From an uncultured Bacillota bacterium (GTDB lineage: Bacteria; Sysuimicrobiota; Sysuimicrobiia; Sysuimicrobiales; Segetimicrobiaceae), in assembly GCA_963804645.1 (NCBI GenBank), contig CAWDRG010000011.1, positions 64,001 to 128,000 on the forward strand: a stretch of DNA of 64,000 nt, written 5' to 3'. Shown one piece after another: positions 1 to 10,600 of this stretch (positions are counted from its first letter, which is position 1; each line of letters begins with the position of its first letter). The position numbers and the translations under genes were made by a program. The notes under the pieces were generated by a model. That model was not told the DNA's origin and made no database searches. It was given only the letters and a program-made list of their open reading frames with translations.

Positions 1-217
1 CGCGCCGATGCTCCAGGCGGCGCTGTGGACGCACATCGAGGCGGTGCGGGACACGGGCGTCGCGGTCGTCGTCGTCGGGCAGAACACGCGCGGCACGCTC
101 GCGCACGCGGACTGGGCCTATGTCATGGCGCTCGGACGAAATCGGCTGCAGGGGACGGGCGCAGACCTGCTCCGCAACGACGCCGTGGTCGACCTCTACG
201 TCGGGCACCTCTCATGA
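1..217 (+). CDS. ABC transporter ATP-binding protein, LivF-like (C-terminal part; begins before window)
   Basis: C-terminus ..VVVVGQNTRGTLAHADWAYVMALGRNRLQGTGADLL..LYVG resembles the LivF end; adjacent to a Liv-type binding protein. Confidence 0.8.
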   Translation, partial: APMLQAALWTHIEAVRDTGVAVVVVGQNTRGTLAHADWAYVMALGRNRLQGTGADLLRNDAVVDLYVGHLS

Positions 218-278
218 CGCGGGACGCGCGGAGCGGCGCGCCCGCCGGGCCGCGCGCGACGACGGAGACGGAGCACAG

Positions 279-1508
279 ATGATGAGACGCACACGCACCG
301 TCCTCGGCGCCGGCGTCATCGCCGCGGTCTTGGCCCTGACCCCGGGCGCGTCGGCGTTGACCGGACCGCCGATCCCCTTTGGGATGCTCGGACCGTTTAC
401 GGGGTTTGAGGCGGACCTCGGCGCCGCGATCGTGCAGGGCTCCAACGCGGCGCAGCTGGCCGTGAACGAGGGGGGCGGCGTCCTCGGCCGCGAACTGGCT
501 CTCGTTCCGTCGGACACCGAGGGCGACGTGCAGGACGCGGAGGGCGCGATCAACTTCCTGATCGGCCCCAGTCACGTCGTCGTGATCATCGGCCCCGAGA
601 CGATGGAGTACTACACGGTGCGGCCGATCTTCACCCGCGCCCAGATCCCGGATCTGATGCAGGGCGGCGATGTGGCGCTGGATCATGAAACCGACCCGTA
701 CTTCTGGCGGGACAGCCCGTCGGACTCCGCGCTCACCGTCGCCATGGCGCTGTACGCGCACCGCCAGGGGTATACGCGGGCCGGGCTCCTCATGGTGTCG
801 GAACGGTCGGCACAGACGATGAAAGTGCCGCTCGCCAGCACGTTTGCCAAGCTCGGCGGCCAGATCGTCGCGGACGTGACCGTCCAGCCGGGACAGACCT
901 CGTACCGCTCCGAAGTGCTGCGGCTGATCGACGCCAAGCCGCAGGTGATCTTCACCGAGACCGACGCGGTGACCGCGGCGGTCGTGTTCGCGAACTTCAG
1001 GCAGCTCGACAACCTCGCGATCCCGTTCATCGGCACGGACCTCACCGCGGGAGACGACTTCTTGAAGGCGATCACCTACCCGGTGGCGCACGACCACCTG
1101 ACATCCGTCTACGGCATCTCGACGTCGGGCCGGGGGACGTTCGAGCAGTACTACGGGCGGCTGTATCCCAGCCGGGAGCCGCTCGCGAACGCCAACTACG
1201 CGTACGACGCGGTCGTGAGCGCGGCGCTCGCGGTCGACCAGGCGGGCTCCACGGACGGGCCGAAGATCAACGCCGCGATGACGATGGTCACGAACCCGCC
1301 GGGCACCGAGTGCAGCGAATACGCCACGTGCCTTCGGCTGCTGCGGGCCGGCACCAAGATCAAGTACGCGGGCGCCAGCGGCAGCCTGGTCTACAATCAA
1401 TACCACAACGTGTTCGGACGGTTCGGGGCCCTGCGCGTGGACGCGCAGGGCCGGCTCCAGTGGGTCACCGTGATGAGCGAGGAAGATCTGGCGGCCGCGG
1501 CGCCGTAG
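279..1508 (+). CDS. ABC substrate-binding protein, branched-chain amino acid (LivJ/K-like) family
   Basis: Signal peptide MMRRTRTVLGAGVIAAVLAL; GPFTG, NEGGGVLGREL, YAYDAV, YAGASG motifs. Confidence 0.85.
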   Translation: MMRRTRTVLGAGVIAAVLALTPGASALTGPPIPFGMLGPFTGFEADLGAAIVQGSNAAQLAVNEGGGVLGRELALVPSDTEGDVQDAEGAINFLIGPSHVVVIIGPETMEYYTVRPIFTRAQIPDLMQGGDVALDHETDPYFWRDSPSDSALTVAMALYAHRQGYTRAGLLMVSERSAQTMKVPLASTFAKLGGQIVADVTVQPGQTSYRSEVLRLIDAKPQVIFTETDAVTAAVVFANFRQLDNLAIPFIGTDLTAGDDFLKAITYPVAHDHLTSVYGISTSGRGTFEQYYGRLYPSREPLANANYAYDAVVSAALAVDQAGSTDGPKINAAMTMVTNPPGTECSEYATCLRLLRAGTKIKYAGASGSLVYNQYHNVFGRFGALRVDAQGRLQWVTVMSEEDLAAAAP

Positions 1509-1637
1509 CGGCCGGACCGTCCGCGCGCGCAGACGGGAGCGTCTGCGCTCAGCGGCGAACCTGGGAAGATCGGCGGCACGCCGCCGCGTCCGGCCCGCGG
1601 CGCCCTGCCGCGGGTAGATCGGTCCCGGGGGAGTGGG

Positions 1638-3761
1638 GTGGCACACGCAGGCCGTGGCTCCGCGCGCGTCGCCGTGGACATCGGCGGCACGTTTACCGAC
1701 ATCGTGTGCGTGGCGCCGGACGGACGCGTGCACACGCGGAAGGTACCCTCGACCACCCGCAACTACGCCGACGCGATGCTTGGCGGCCTCGGCGATCTGC
1801 TGCGGGACGCGGGGTGCCCGGGCGACGAGATCGGCGACGTCGTGCACGGCACGACCGTCGCGTCGAACGCGATCCTCGAGCTCAAGGGCGCCCGCACCGG
1901 GTTGATCACCACGGCGGGGTTTCGCGACACCCTGGAAATCCGCCGGCTGCGGATGCCGCGGCTGTACGACCTCGGGTGGCAGAAGCCTCCGCCGCTCGTC
2001 GAGCGCCGCCTCCGCGTCGAGGTCCGCGAGCGCATCACCGGCCGGGGCGACGTCGCCGCGCCGCTCGACCGGGACGACGCGGCGCGCGCGGTGCGGCGGC
2101 TCGTGGCGGACGGGGTGGAGGCGCTCGCCGTCTGCCTGATCAACAGCTACGCGAATCCCGCCCACGAGCGCGCGGTCCGGGCCGTGGTCGAGCGCGTGGC
2201 CCCCCACCTCACGCTGTGCCTCAGCAGCGACGTGCTGCCCGAAGTCAAGGAATACGAACGCACCTCGACGACGGTCATCAACGCCTACCTCCTGCCGGTC
2301 GTCACGCGCTACCTGGAGTCGCTGATCGAGGGGCTGACCGCGATCGGCGTCCGGTCGCCGCTGCGCATCATGCAGTCGAACGGCGGTACGATGGACGCGC
2401 GCCGCGCCGCGCGCCTGCCGATCCACATCGTCGAGTCCGGACCGGCCGCGGGCGTCATCGGCGCCCAGGCCCTCGCGCGGCGGATGGCGCTGCCGGACGT
2501 GATCACCCTGGACATGGGAGGCACGACGGCCAAAGCGGCCATCGTGGAGCGCGGCGAGCTGCAGCGCGCGGCCGAGTACGAGGTGGGCGGCGGCATCATG
2601 CAGGGATCGCGGCTGCCCCGCGGGGGCGGCTACCTGCTCCGCGTGCCGTCGCTGGACCTCGCGGAGGTCGGCGCGGGCGGCGGGTCGCTGATCCGCGTCG
2701 ACAGCGGCGGGTCGATGCGGGTGGGGCCCGAGAGCGCGGGGGCCGTCCCCGGCCCGGTCTGCTACGACCTCGGCGGGATCGAACCGACGGTCACCGACGC
2801 GAACGTCCTCCTCGGCTACCTCAACCCGGACGCCCTCGTCGACGGCGCCGTGCCGCTGAACGCCGCGCGGGCCCGCGAGGCGCTCGAGCGGTGCGTCGCC
2901 CGTCCACTCTCGCTCGACGCGACCGCCGCGGCGTACGGCGCCTACCAGCTCGCCTCCGCGAGCATGATCCGCGCGATCAAGGCGGTATCGAGCGAGCGGG
3001 GGCGCGATCCGCGGGGCTTCGCGCTGTGCGCGTTCGGCGGGAACGGCCCCGTCTTCGCCGTCGCGATCGCGCGGGCGCTCGGCATCGCGCGCGTGGTCGT
3101 GCCCCCCCACCCCGGTCTCTTCTCGGCGTTCGGCCTGCTGTACGCGGACGTCGAATGTCACCTGGCCCGCACCTACCGGCGCCCGGTCGACCGGGTCGAT
3201 CCCCTCGAGCTGCGCGAGGCCTGGCGGTCCCTGGAAGAGACCGCGGTCCGCGAGCTCGCGGCGGACGGGTGGGCCCCGCGCGACATCGGCACGGCGCGCT
3301 CGGCGGATCTCCGGTACCGCGGCCAGTCCTTCGAGCTCACGGTGCCGGTGCCTTCGGGCGAGACCGGCGGGGCCGCGATCGGCTCCGTGGTCGACGCGTT
3401 CCACGCCCAGCATGAGCGGACCTACGGCCACCGCGGCGATGCCGGGGACCCGGTGGAGATCGTGATGCTGCGGGTGCACGCGCGCGTGCGGACGGACCGG
3501 CCGGGCGTCCCCGGCGGCGCACCCTCCGCAACCGCGGAGGACGGTCCGGCGCGGACCCGCCGCGCGTACTTCGGCCGCGACTCCGGCTGGTGCCTCACCC
3601 CGGTCGTGCGCCGCGGCGCGCTCACCGAACGCCGTCCGGGACCGCTGGTCGTCGAAGAGTACGACGCCACGTGCGTCGTGCCGCCGGGGGCGTCGGCGGC
3701 CCTCGATCAGTTCGGCAACATCGCGGTCGACGCGGGCGAGGGCGGCGCGCGTGTCGGCTGA
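1638..3761 (+). CDS. Hydantoinase/oxoprolinase subunit A (ATP-dependent)
   Basis: VDIGGTFTD, HGTTVASNA, ESGPAAG, DMGGTT, GAGGGS, PTVTDAN motifs. Confidence 0.93.
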   Translation: MAHAGRGSARVAVDIGGTFTDIVCVAPDGRVHTRKVPSTTRNYADAMLGGLGDLLRDAGCPGDEIGDVVHGTTVASNAILELKGARTGLITTAGFRDTLEIRRLRMPRLYDLGWQKPPPLVERRLRVEVRERITGRGDVAAPLDRDDAARAVRRLVADGVEALAVCLINSYANPAHERAVRAVVERVAPHLTLCLSSDVLPEVKEYERTSTTVINAYLLPVVTRYLESLIEGLTAIGVRSPLRIMQSNGGTMDARRAARLPIHIVESGPAAGVIGAQALARRMALPDVITLDMGGTTAKAAIVERGELQRAAEYEVGGGIMQGSRLPRGGGYLLRVPSLDLAEVGAGGGSLIRVDSGGSMRVGPESAGAVPGPVCYDLGGIEPTVTDANVLLGYLNPDALVDGAVPLNAARAREALERCVARPLSLDATAAAYGAYQLASASMIRAIKAVSSERGRDPRGFALCAFGGNGPVFAVAIARALGIARVVVPPHPGLFSAFGLLYADVECHLARTYRRPVDRVDPLELREAWRSLEETAVRELAADGWAPRDIGTARSADLRYRGQSFELTVPVPSGETGGAAIGSVVDAFHAQHERTYGHRGDAGDPVEIVMLRVHARVRTDRPGVPGGAPSATAEDGPARTRRAYFGRDSGWCLTPVVRRGALTERRPGPLVVEEYDATCVVPPGASAALDQFGNIAVDAGEGGARVG

Positions 3762-5514
3762 CCTCCGCGATCCGATCGGGCTCGAGCTCTTCCGGCACGC
3801 GCTCTCCGCGATCGCCGACGAGATGGCGCTCACGATCTACCGGACCGCCTACTCCGGCGTCCTCAAGGACGTGATGGACTACTCCACCGCCCTGTGCGAC
3901 GACGCGGGGCACGTCGTGGCGCAGGGCCTGGCGCTGCCGAGCCATCTCGGCTCGATCCCCGAGGCGGCGGCGTCCGTGCTGCGGCACTTTGGCGCCGAGA
4001 TGCGCCCCGGCGACGTCTACTGCCTCAACGACCCGTTCGACGGCGGCATGCATCTGCCCGACGTGTTCGTCCTGCAGCCGATCTTCGCCGGCGGGGAGCG
4101 CCTGGCAATCGCCGCAACGGTGTGCCACCACACCGACGTCGGGGGACGGGTCCCGGGCTCCAACGCCTCGGATTCCACGGAGGTGTACGCGGAGGGGCTC
4201 CGCATCCCGCCGATCAAGATGTACGACGCCGGCGCGCCGAACGAGACGCTGTTCGCGCTGATCGAGCGGAACGTGCGGCTGCCGGGGCACGTCCGCGGCG
4301 ACCTGCGCGCGCAGCTGGCCGCCTGCCGCATCGCGGACGATGCGGTCGCGGAGCTCGTCGCGCGCGACACCCGTGAGGGAGTCCGGCGCCGGCTGCGCGA
4401 GCTCATCGACCACGCGGCGCGGATGACGCGGGCGGCGATCGGCGCCCTCCCCGACGGGACGTACGCGTTCGAGGATTGGATCGACGACGACGGCATCGAT
4501 CTCGGACGGCCGATCCCGCTCCGCGTGGCGGTGCGCAAGCAGGGCGACCGGCTCGTCGTCGATTGGACCGGGACCGCGCCCCAGGTCCGGGGCGCGATCA
4601 ACAACACCCTCTCGTTCACGAAGGCGGCCACCTACACGTGCCTGAAGGCCGCGCTGCCGGCCGACATCCCCGCGAACGAGGGATTCTTCCGGAGCATCGA
4701 GGTGATCGCCCCGCCCGGGACGATCGCGAACGCGGTCCTGCCCGCCGCGACCGCGGCCCGGGGGCTGACGGGGTTTCGGATGGTCGACTGCCTGTTCGGC
4801 GCGCTCGCCAGGATGCTGCCGGACACGATCCCGGCGGCGTCCGAGGGCGGGAACACCGGCATCACAATCGGCGGCTACCTGCCGGACCGGACGCCGTTCG
4901 TCTACGTCGACTTTCTGTGCTCCGCGTGGGGCGGCCGGCCGTGGGCCGACGGCCTGGACGGCAACGCGCACCTGTTCGCGAACATGGCGCTGCAGTCCGC
5001 GGAAGCCTGCGAGCTGGAGCAGCCGTTCGAAATCCTTGCCTGCGAGTTCATTCAGGACGTGATGGGCCCCGGCCGGTACCGCGGGGGCGCGAGCATCCGG
5101 CGCGACTATCGCCTCCTCGCGGAGGAGGCGGTGCTGCAGGTCCGCGCCGACCGGCAGGTGTTCCGGCCCTACGGCCTGTACGGCGGGCAGCCGGGCCGGC
5201 CGTCGAGAAACATCCTGAACCCCGACACGGAACCCCGAGATCTTCCGGCCAAGTTTACGATGACGCTCAAGCGCGGCGATGTGTTCAGGCACGAGCAGCC
5301 GGGTCCCGGGGGATGGGGCGACCCGCTCGAGCGCGATCCGGCCTGCGTCCTGCGCGACGTCGAGAATGAGTTCGTCAGCGCGGGGGCCGCGAGGGAGGCC
5401 TACGGGGTCGTCCTCGACGACGCCGGGGCGGTGGACCGCGCCGAGACCGCCCGACTGCGCGCCGAACTGCGCAAGGCCCGGAACTGGCCCGCGGTCCCAT
5501 TTGTGACACGCTGA
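3751..5514 (+). CDS. Hydantoinase B/oxoprolinase family protein
   Basis: NDPFDGGMHLPD, HHTDVGG, EGLRIPP, GPGGWGDP motifs; overlaps subunit A stop. Confidence 0.93.
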   Translation: MSADLRDPIGLELFRHALSAIADEMALTIYRTAYSGVLKDVMDYSTALCDDAGHVVAQGLALPSHLGSIPEAAASVLRHFGAEMRPGDVYCLNDPFDGGMHLPDVFVLQPIFAGGERLAIAATVCHHTDVGGRVPGSNASDSTEVYAEGLRIPPIKMYDAGAPNETLFALIERNVRLPGHVRGDLRAQLAACRIADDAVAELVARDTREGVRRRLRELIDHAARMTRAAIGALPDGTYAFEDWIDDDGIDLGRPIPLRVAVRKQGDRLVVDWTGTAPQVRGAINNTLSFTKAATYTCLKAALPADIPANEGFFRSIEVIAPPGTIANAVLPAATAARGLTGFRMVDCLFGALARMLPDTIPAASEGGNTGITIGGYLPDRTPFVYVDFLCSAWGGRPWADGLDGNAHLFANMALQSAEACELEQPFEILACEFIQDVMGPGRYRGGASIRRDYRLLAEEAVLQVRADRQVFRPYGLYGGQPGRPSRNILNPDTEPRDLPAKFTMTLKRGDVFRHEQPGPGGWGDPLERDPACVLRDVENEFVSAGAAREAYGVVLDDAGAVDRAETARLRAELRKARNWPAVPFVTR

Positions 5515-5540
5515 GGCACACGACCCGCCGGGAGGCACAG

Positions 5541-7262
5541 ATGGTTGACGTGCGCGTCCACCTCGATCTCAAGGTCCCGATGCGGGACGGCATCCTGCTC
5601 TCCGCGGATCTCTACCGGCCGCCGACCGGCGAGCGGTTCCCGGCCCTGCTCTGCCGCACGATCTACGACAACCAGCGCCCGAGGGACGTCGAGTGGGCGT
5701 TCGCGTTCGCGCAGCACGGATACGCGGTCCTCATCCAGGACTGCCGGGGCCGCTACGACTCGGACGGCGTCTGGGACCCGTACGTGTGCGAAGCGGCCGA
5801 TGGCTACGACACTCAGCAGTGGACGGGCGCGCAGCCCTGGTGCGACGGGCGGATCGGGACCTTCGGCGTCTCGTACGTGGGGTTTACGCAGATTCTCCCC
5901 GCGCCGCTGCGCAGCCCGTACGTCAAGGCACTGGTCCCAATCGCCAACCAGGAGGACAACTTCGGCCACATCTACTGCGACGGGGTGCTGCAGCTTCAGA
6001 ACGCGATGAACTTCGCGTGGATCGGGAGCCGCGCGGTGCAGACCTACTACGCGGCCGCCTTCGGCGTGGCGATGTCGGCGGCGGGCGCCGCGCCGGGCGC
6101 GGGCCCCCGGCTGGTCGATCCGGAGGCGCTGTACCGGCGGCTACCGCTCATCTCCGCACTCGACGACATCGCCGACCGGCCGGCGTACCGGCGGTTCCTC
6201 AGCCACCCGACGTTCGACGACTACTGGAAGTCCTACAGCATGAAAGGCCGGTACAAGGACGTGGACACCCCCGCCCTGTTTCTCACCGGCTGGTATGATA
6301 ACCTCGTCCACGAACAGTTCAAGTGCTTCGCCGGATGGACCCGCGACGCGCGCTCGCCGGCGACCCGCGCGCGCACGAAACTCATCGTCGGACCCTGGCA
6401 GCACTCGGCGCTCGGCAGCGCCGACCGGTTCGGGGACATCGAGTTCGGCCCGGCCGCCGCGCTCGACCTCGTGGACCTCCACCTACGGTGGTACGACTGC
6501 CGGCTGCGGGACGCTCCGAACGGCATCGACGACGACCCGGCCGTCCGCATCTTCGTCATGGGCGCGAACGTCTGGCGGAACGAGCGCGAGTGGCCGCTCA
6601 TGCGCGCGGTCTCAACACCGTACTTCCTGCACAGTGGAGGACGGGCAAACTCGCTCGCCGGCGACGGCCGGCTCGATCGGACACCCCCGGAGGCCGAGAC
6701 GCCCGACGCCTTCACCTACGATCCCGACCATCCGGTCCCGACGCTCGGCGGCCAGAGCATGATGCGCGGCAACACTGGCCCGAGGGATCGGCGCGCACTG
6801 GAGGAGCGTGACGACGTGCTCGTGTACTCGACCGAGCCGCTGCCGGGCGACGTGGAAGTGACGGGCCCCGTCGGCCTCGTCCTTTACGCGGCCTCGACCG
6901 CGGTGGACACGGACTTCACGGCGACGCTGGTCGACGTCCATCCTGACGGCCGGGCGATCAACATCTGCGAGGGCATCGTCCGCGCGCGGTTCCGGGAGTC
7001 GACCGAGCGGGAGACGCTCATCGAGCCGGGCCGGACCTACGCCTACCGACTGTCACTGTGGGAGACCAGCAACGTCTTCCTGCGCGGGCACCGCATCCGC
7101 GTCGAGATCTCGAGCAGCAACTTCCCGCGCTTCAACCGGAATCTGAACACCGGCGAGGCGCTGGCGAGCGGATCGCGGTGGCAGACCGCCCGGCAGACCG
7201 TCCTGCACACCGCGGAGGCGCCGTCCCACCTCCTGCTACCGGTGATCTCCTCCCCGGGCTAG
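5541..7262 (+). CDS. CocE/NonD family serine hydrolase
   Basis: VPMRDG, DCRGRYDSDG, GVSY nucleophile, GWYD, GPWQH, SSSNFPRF. Confidence 0.92.
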   Translation: MVDVRVHLDLKVPMRDGILLSADLYRPPTGERFPALLCRTIYDNQRPRDVEWAFAFAQHGYAVLIQDCRGRYDSDGVWDPYVCEAADGYDTQQWTGAQPWCDGRIGTFGVSYVGFTQILPAPLRSPYVKALVPIANQEDNFGHIYCDGVLQLQNAMNFAWIGSRAVQTYYAAAFGVAMSAAGAAPGAGPRLVDPEALYRRLPLISALDDIADRPAYRRFLSHPTFDDYWKSYSMKGRYKDVDTPALFLTGWYDNLVHEQFKCFAGWTRDARSPATRARTKLIVGPWQHSALGSADRFGDIEFGPAAALDLVDLHLRWYDCRLRDAPNGIDDDPAVRIFVMGANVWRNEREWPLMRAVSTPYFLHSGGRANSLAGDGRLDRTPPEAETPDAFTYDPDHPVPTLGGQSMMRGNTGPRDRRALEERDDVLVYSTEPLPGDVEVTGPVGLVLYAASTAVDTDFTATLVDVHPDGRAINICEGIVRARFRESTERETLIEPGRTYAYRLSLWETSNVFLRGHRIRVEISSSNFPRFNRNLNTGEALASGSRWQTARQTVLHTAEAPSHLLLPVISSPG

Positions 7263-7296
7263 CGGCCGGGCAGTCCTCGCAGCGGACGCAGCGCGG

Positions 7297-8544
7297 TCAG
7301 CGGACGGCGTCGGGACCGAGCAGCAGCACCGGGTGCTCGAGCAGGCGCTTCGTCTCGACAAGAAACGCGGCGGCGCCCACGCCGTCCGTGACCCGGTGGT
7401 CGACGGACACCGTCAGCGTCATGATCGGGCGCGCGACGACCGCGCCGTCGCGCACGACGGCACGATCCTGGATCCGCCCGACCGCGAGGATGCCGGCCTG
7501 CGGCGCGTTGATGATCGCCGAAAAGTTCGTGATCTCGTACATCCCCAGGTTGCTGACCGAGAACGTCGCGCCCGAAAACTCCTCCTGCCGGAGGCGGCGC
7601 TGGCGCGCGCCGTCCGCCAGGCGGTGCGCCTCCCTGCTGAGGGCGAGGAGCGGCAGCCGGTCGGCATCGCGCAGCACCGGGACCACCAACCCGTCGGGCA
7701 GCGCGACCATCACGCCGAGGTGGATCCGCCGGAAGCGCCGGAGCGTCGTCGGGGACACGAGGGTGGCGTTGAGGTCAGGCCGCGCGCGCAGCGCGAGCGC
7801 CACGGCCTTGAGAATGAGGTCGTTGATCGACAGCCCGGCGGCCTCATCGCCGTATGATTCTTTGAGCTGCGTGCGCAGGTCAACCGCGCGGCGCATCTCG
7901 ACGTCGGTGCTCGCGTAAAAATGGGGAGTCGACTGCATGCTCTGCGCGACGCTCCGGGCGATCGCCTGGCGCATCCGCGACAACTCGGTATCCTCGTACT
8001 CGGGACCGCCGGCATCGGGCGCCGCACTCACGGCAGGCTGAGCGGCGGCCGCCGGCGCCGGCTGGGCGGCCGCTTCCACGTCCCGCTCAATAATCCGGCC
8101 TCCCGGCCCCGTGCCGGTCACCCGGGATAGATCCACGCCCCGCTCCGCCGCAAGCCGCCGGGCGATCGGCGAGACCTTCAGCTGCCCGTCCGACGGCGCG
8201 GAGACCGGGGCCGCGCTGGCCTGTGCGGCAGGCGCGGGCGGTACCGCCTTCGCCGCTCCCGTGGGGGCGGGCGTCGCCGCGGCGGCGGCCGCAGGGGCGC
8301 TGGGCGCGCCGCCGCCGTTGATGTGCGCGATCACGCCGCCCACCGGCGCCGGCTGGCCCGCCGGCACGACGATGTCGGTGAGCGTCCCCGCAGTCTCCGC
8401 CTCGATCTCGACGTTCACCTTGTCCGTCTCGATCTCCGCGATCACCTCGCCGCGCGCGATGCGGTCGCCGACGCGCTTGCGCCACGAGAGGATCTTCCCC
8501 TCGGTCATCGCATCGCTCATCTTCGGCATGATCACGTCAGCCAT
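7297..8544 (-). CDS. pdhC: Pyruvate dehydrogenase E2, dihydrolipoamide acetyltransferase
   Basis: Lipoyl domain ETDKVNVE; E3-binding SPIARRLA..GTGPGGRI; catalytic DHRVTDG. Confidence 0.93.
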   Translation of the reverse strand: MADVIMPKMSDAMTEGKILSWRKRVGDRIARGEVIAEIETDKVNVEIEAETAGTLTDIVVPAGQPAPVGGVIAHINGGGAPSAPAAAAAATPAPTGAAKAVPPAPAAQASAAPVSAPSDGQLKVSPIARRLAAERGVDLSRVTGTGPGGRIIERDVEAAAQPAPAAAAQPAVSAAPDAGGPEYEDTELSRMRQAIARSVAQSMQSTPHFYASTDVEMRRAVDLRTQLKESYGDEAAGLSINDLILKAVALALRARPDLNATLVSPTTLRRFRRIHLGVMVALPDGLVVPVLRDADRLPLLALSREAHRLADGARQRRLRQEEFSGATFSVSNLGMYEITNFSAIINAPQAGILAVGRIQDRAVVRDGAVVARPIMTLTVSVDHRVTDGVGAAAFLVETKRLLEHPVLLLGPDAVR

Positions 8545-8562
8545 CGCACACCTCGCCCCGCC

Positions 8563-9537
8563 CTACCCGACGGTCCGGCGGATCGCCTGCGCGATCTTCA
8601 CCTCGTTCGGCTGGGCCAGCCGCTCGAGATTGCGCGCATAGGGCATGGGCACGTCCTCGCCCGAGACGCGCACGACCGGAGCGTCCAGGCTGTCAAAACA
8701 CCGCTCGTAGATCTGCGTCACGATCTCCGCCGCGACCCCGAACAGCGCCTGCTGCTCCTCGATCACGACCGCGCGGTGGGTCCGGCGCACGCTCTCGGCG
8801 ACCGAGTCCATGTCGAGCGGGCGCAGGGAGCGCAGGTCGATCACCTCGCACTCGATCCCGTCGGAGGCGAGCTGCGCGGCCGCGGCCAGGGTCGCCGCGC
8901 GCATCCGCCCGTGCACCACGACCGTGATGTCGCGGCCCTCGCGCGCCTGGGCGGCGCTCCCGAACGGCACCAGGTAATCGCCGTCCGGGACCTCGCCGCG
9001 CGTGCCGTAGAGGGACGCGTTTTCCAGGAACATCACCGGATCGCTCCCGCGGATCGCCGAACGCAGCAGCCCGCGCGCGTCGGCGGGCGTGGCGGGGGCC
9101 ACCACGACGAGGCCCGGGAAGTGGCCGTACAGCGCCTCGAGCGCCTGCGAGTGCTGCGCGGACAGCTGCACGCCGGTTCCGTTCGGGCCGCGAATCACCA
9201 TCGGCACGCTGACCTGTCCGCCGGAGAAGTAGCGCACCTTCGCCGCGTTTTGGATGATCTGGTCCGCGCCCACGAGCGAGAAGTTCCAGGTCATGACCTC
9301 GATCACGGGATGCAGGCCGAGCATCGCCATGCCGATCCCCGTGCCGATGAAGCCGAGCTCCGCGATCGGCGTGTCCACGACGCGCTTCGAGCCGTAGCGC
9401 GCGAGCAGGCCTTCGGTCACGAGAAAGGTGCCGCCGTACACCCCGATGTCCTCCCCCATCAAGAGGACGTGGGGATCCCGGTCCATCTCCTCGATGAGGG
9501 TCGTCTTGAGCGCATCACGATAGGTTAGCTCTGGCAC
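8563..9537 (-). CDS. pdhB: Pyruvate dehydrogenase E1 beta subunit
   Basis: GEDIGVYGG, DTPIAE, AQHSQ, IDLRSLRPLD; GTG start after AGGAGG. Confidence 0.93.
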   Translation of the reverse strand: MPELTYRDALKTTLIEEMDRDPHVLLMGEDIGVYGGTFLVTEGLLARYGSKRVVDTPIAELGFIGTGIGMAMLGLHPVIEVMTWNFSLVGADQIIQNAAKVRYFSGGQVSVPMVIRGPNGTGVQLSAQHSQALEALYGHFPGLVVVAPATPADARGLLRSAIRGSDPVMFLENASLYGTRGEVPDGDYLVPFGSAAQAREGRDITVVVHGRMRAATLAAAAQLASDGIECEVIDLRSLRPLDMDSVAESVRRTHRAVVIEEQQALFGVAAEIVTQIYERCFDSLDAPVVRVSGEDVPMPYARNLERLAQPNEVKIAQAIRRTVG

Positions 9538-9574
9538 GTGGGTCCTCCTGACCTTGCCCGCGGCGCGGGGGCCG

Positions 9575-10600
9575 TCATGCCCGGTGCGCGTCCACGGGAA
9601 GCCCGGCGTAGATGTCCGTGAACAGCTCCTCGGCCGACGGCTCCGGGCTCGCGTCGGCAAAGGCCACGGCCTCTTCCACCCGCCGGTCGGCCCCCGCCTC
9701 GATCTCCTCGACCTTGGCGTCGTCGAGCACGCCCTCGGCCCGAAGGCGCTTCTCCACGGTCACGATCGGATCGCGCCGCCGCCACTCCTCGATCTCATGC
9801 TTCTCGCGATACGGCTGGCGGACATCGGCGGCGCCGTGCGCCGCGTAGCGGTAGGTCAGCGCCTCCACCGCGTGCGGCCGGCCGGTGCGGCGCACCTCGT
9901 CGATCACGCGGCGGGCGACCTCGTACACCGCCACGGGGTCCATGCCGTCGACCTGTTCGTTCGGGATCGCGTAGCTGTCGAAGCGGGACGCGAGCCGCGT
10001 CTCGGCCGAGGACCGCGGCACCGACGTCCCCATGCCGTAGAGGTTGTTCTCGACGATGAACACCACCGGACAGAGACCGTCCCGGCCCCACAGCCCGGCC
10101 ATGTTCGCGCCCTCGTGAAACGCCCCGGTGTTCATCGCGCCGTCCCCCAGGAAGCACAAACACACGCGGTCGCCGGGATCGTAGCGGAGCGCATACGCCG
10201 CGCCCACGGCGAGCGGGACGTGGCCGCCGACCACCCCGTAGCCGCCGTAGAACCCGTGGGCGACGTCGAAGATGTGCATCGAGCCGCCCTTGCCCTTGCA
10301 GACCCCGGTCGCCTTTCCATAAAGTTCGGCCATGACGGCCCCGGGGTCCGTCCCCCGGAGAATGGGATACACGTGATCCCGGTACGTCCCGAACAGGATG
10401 TCGTCGGCGCGCAGCGGGGCGATGAACCCGATCGCCACGGCCTCCTGGCCGCTGTACAGATGCAGGTATCCGCCGACCTTGCCGCGCCTGAAGCTGCGTT
10501 CCGCCTGTTCCTCGAACCGCCGAACGAATACCATCTTGCGATACCAATCGAGCAGCGTTTCGGTATCCACGGCGCGACTTTGGGTCTTCTTCATCGACAT
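9575..10600 (-). CDS. pdhA: Pyruvate dehydrogenase E1 alpha subunit
   Basis: GYLHLYSGQEA, YRDH, GKGGSMH, TPP motif GDGAMN..ENN, TYRY..H. Confidence 0.93.
   Translation of the reverse strand: MSMKKTQSRAVDTETLLDWYRKMVFVRRFEEQAERSFRRGKVGGYLHLYSGQEAVAIGFIAPLRADDILFGTYRDHVYPILRGTDPGAVMAELYGKATGVCKGKGGSMHIFDVAHGFYGGYGVVGGHVPLAVGAAYALRYDPGDRVCLCFLGDGAMNTGAFHEGANMAGLWGRDGLCPVVFIVENNLYGMGTSVPRSSAETRLASRFDSYAIPNEQVDGMDPVAVYEVARRVIDEVRRTGRPHAVEALTYRYAAHGAADVRQPYREKHEIEEWRRRDPIVTVEKRLRAEGVLDDAKVEEIEAGADRRVEEAVAFADASPEPSAEELFTDIYAGLPVDAHRA

Noticed and set aside
123..3833. 1236-aa minus-strand ORF and similar long antisense ORFs (3622-5538, 14557-16890, 20237-23038, 51685-53994)
   Set aside because: Shadows of real genes caused by high-GC codon bias; Arg/Ala/Gly-rich with no motifs
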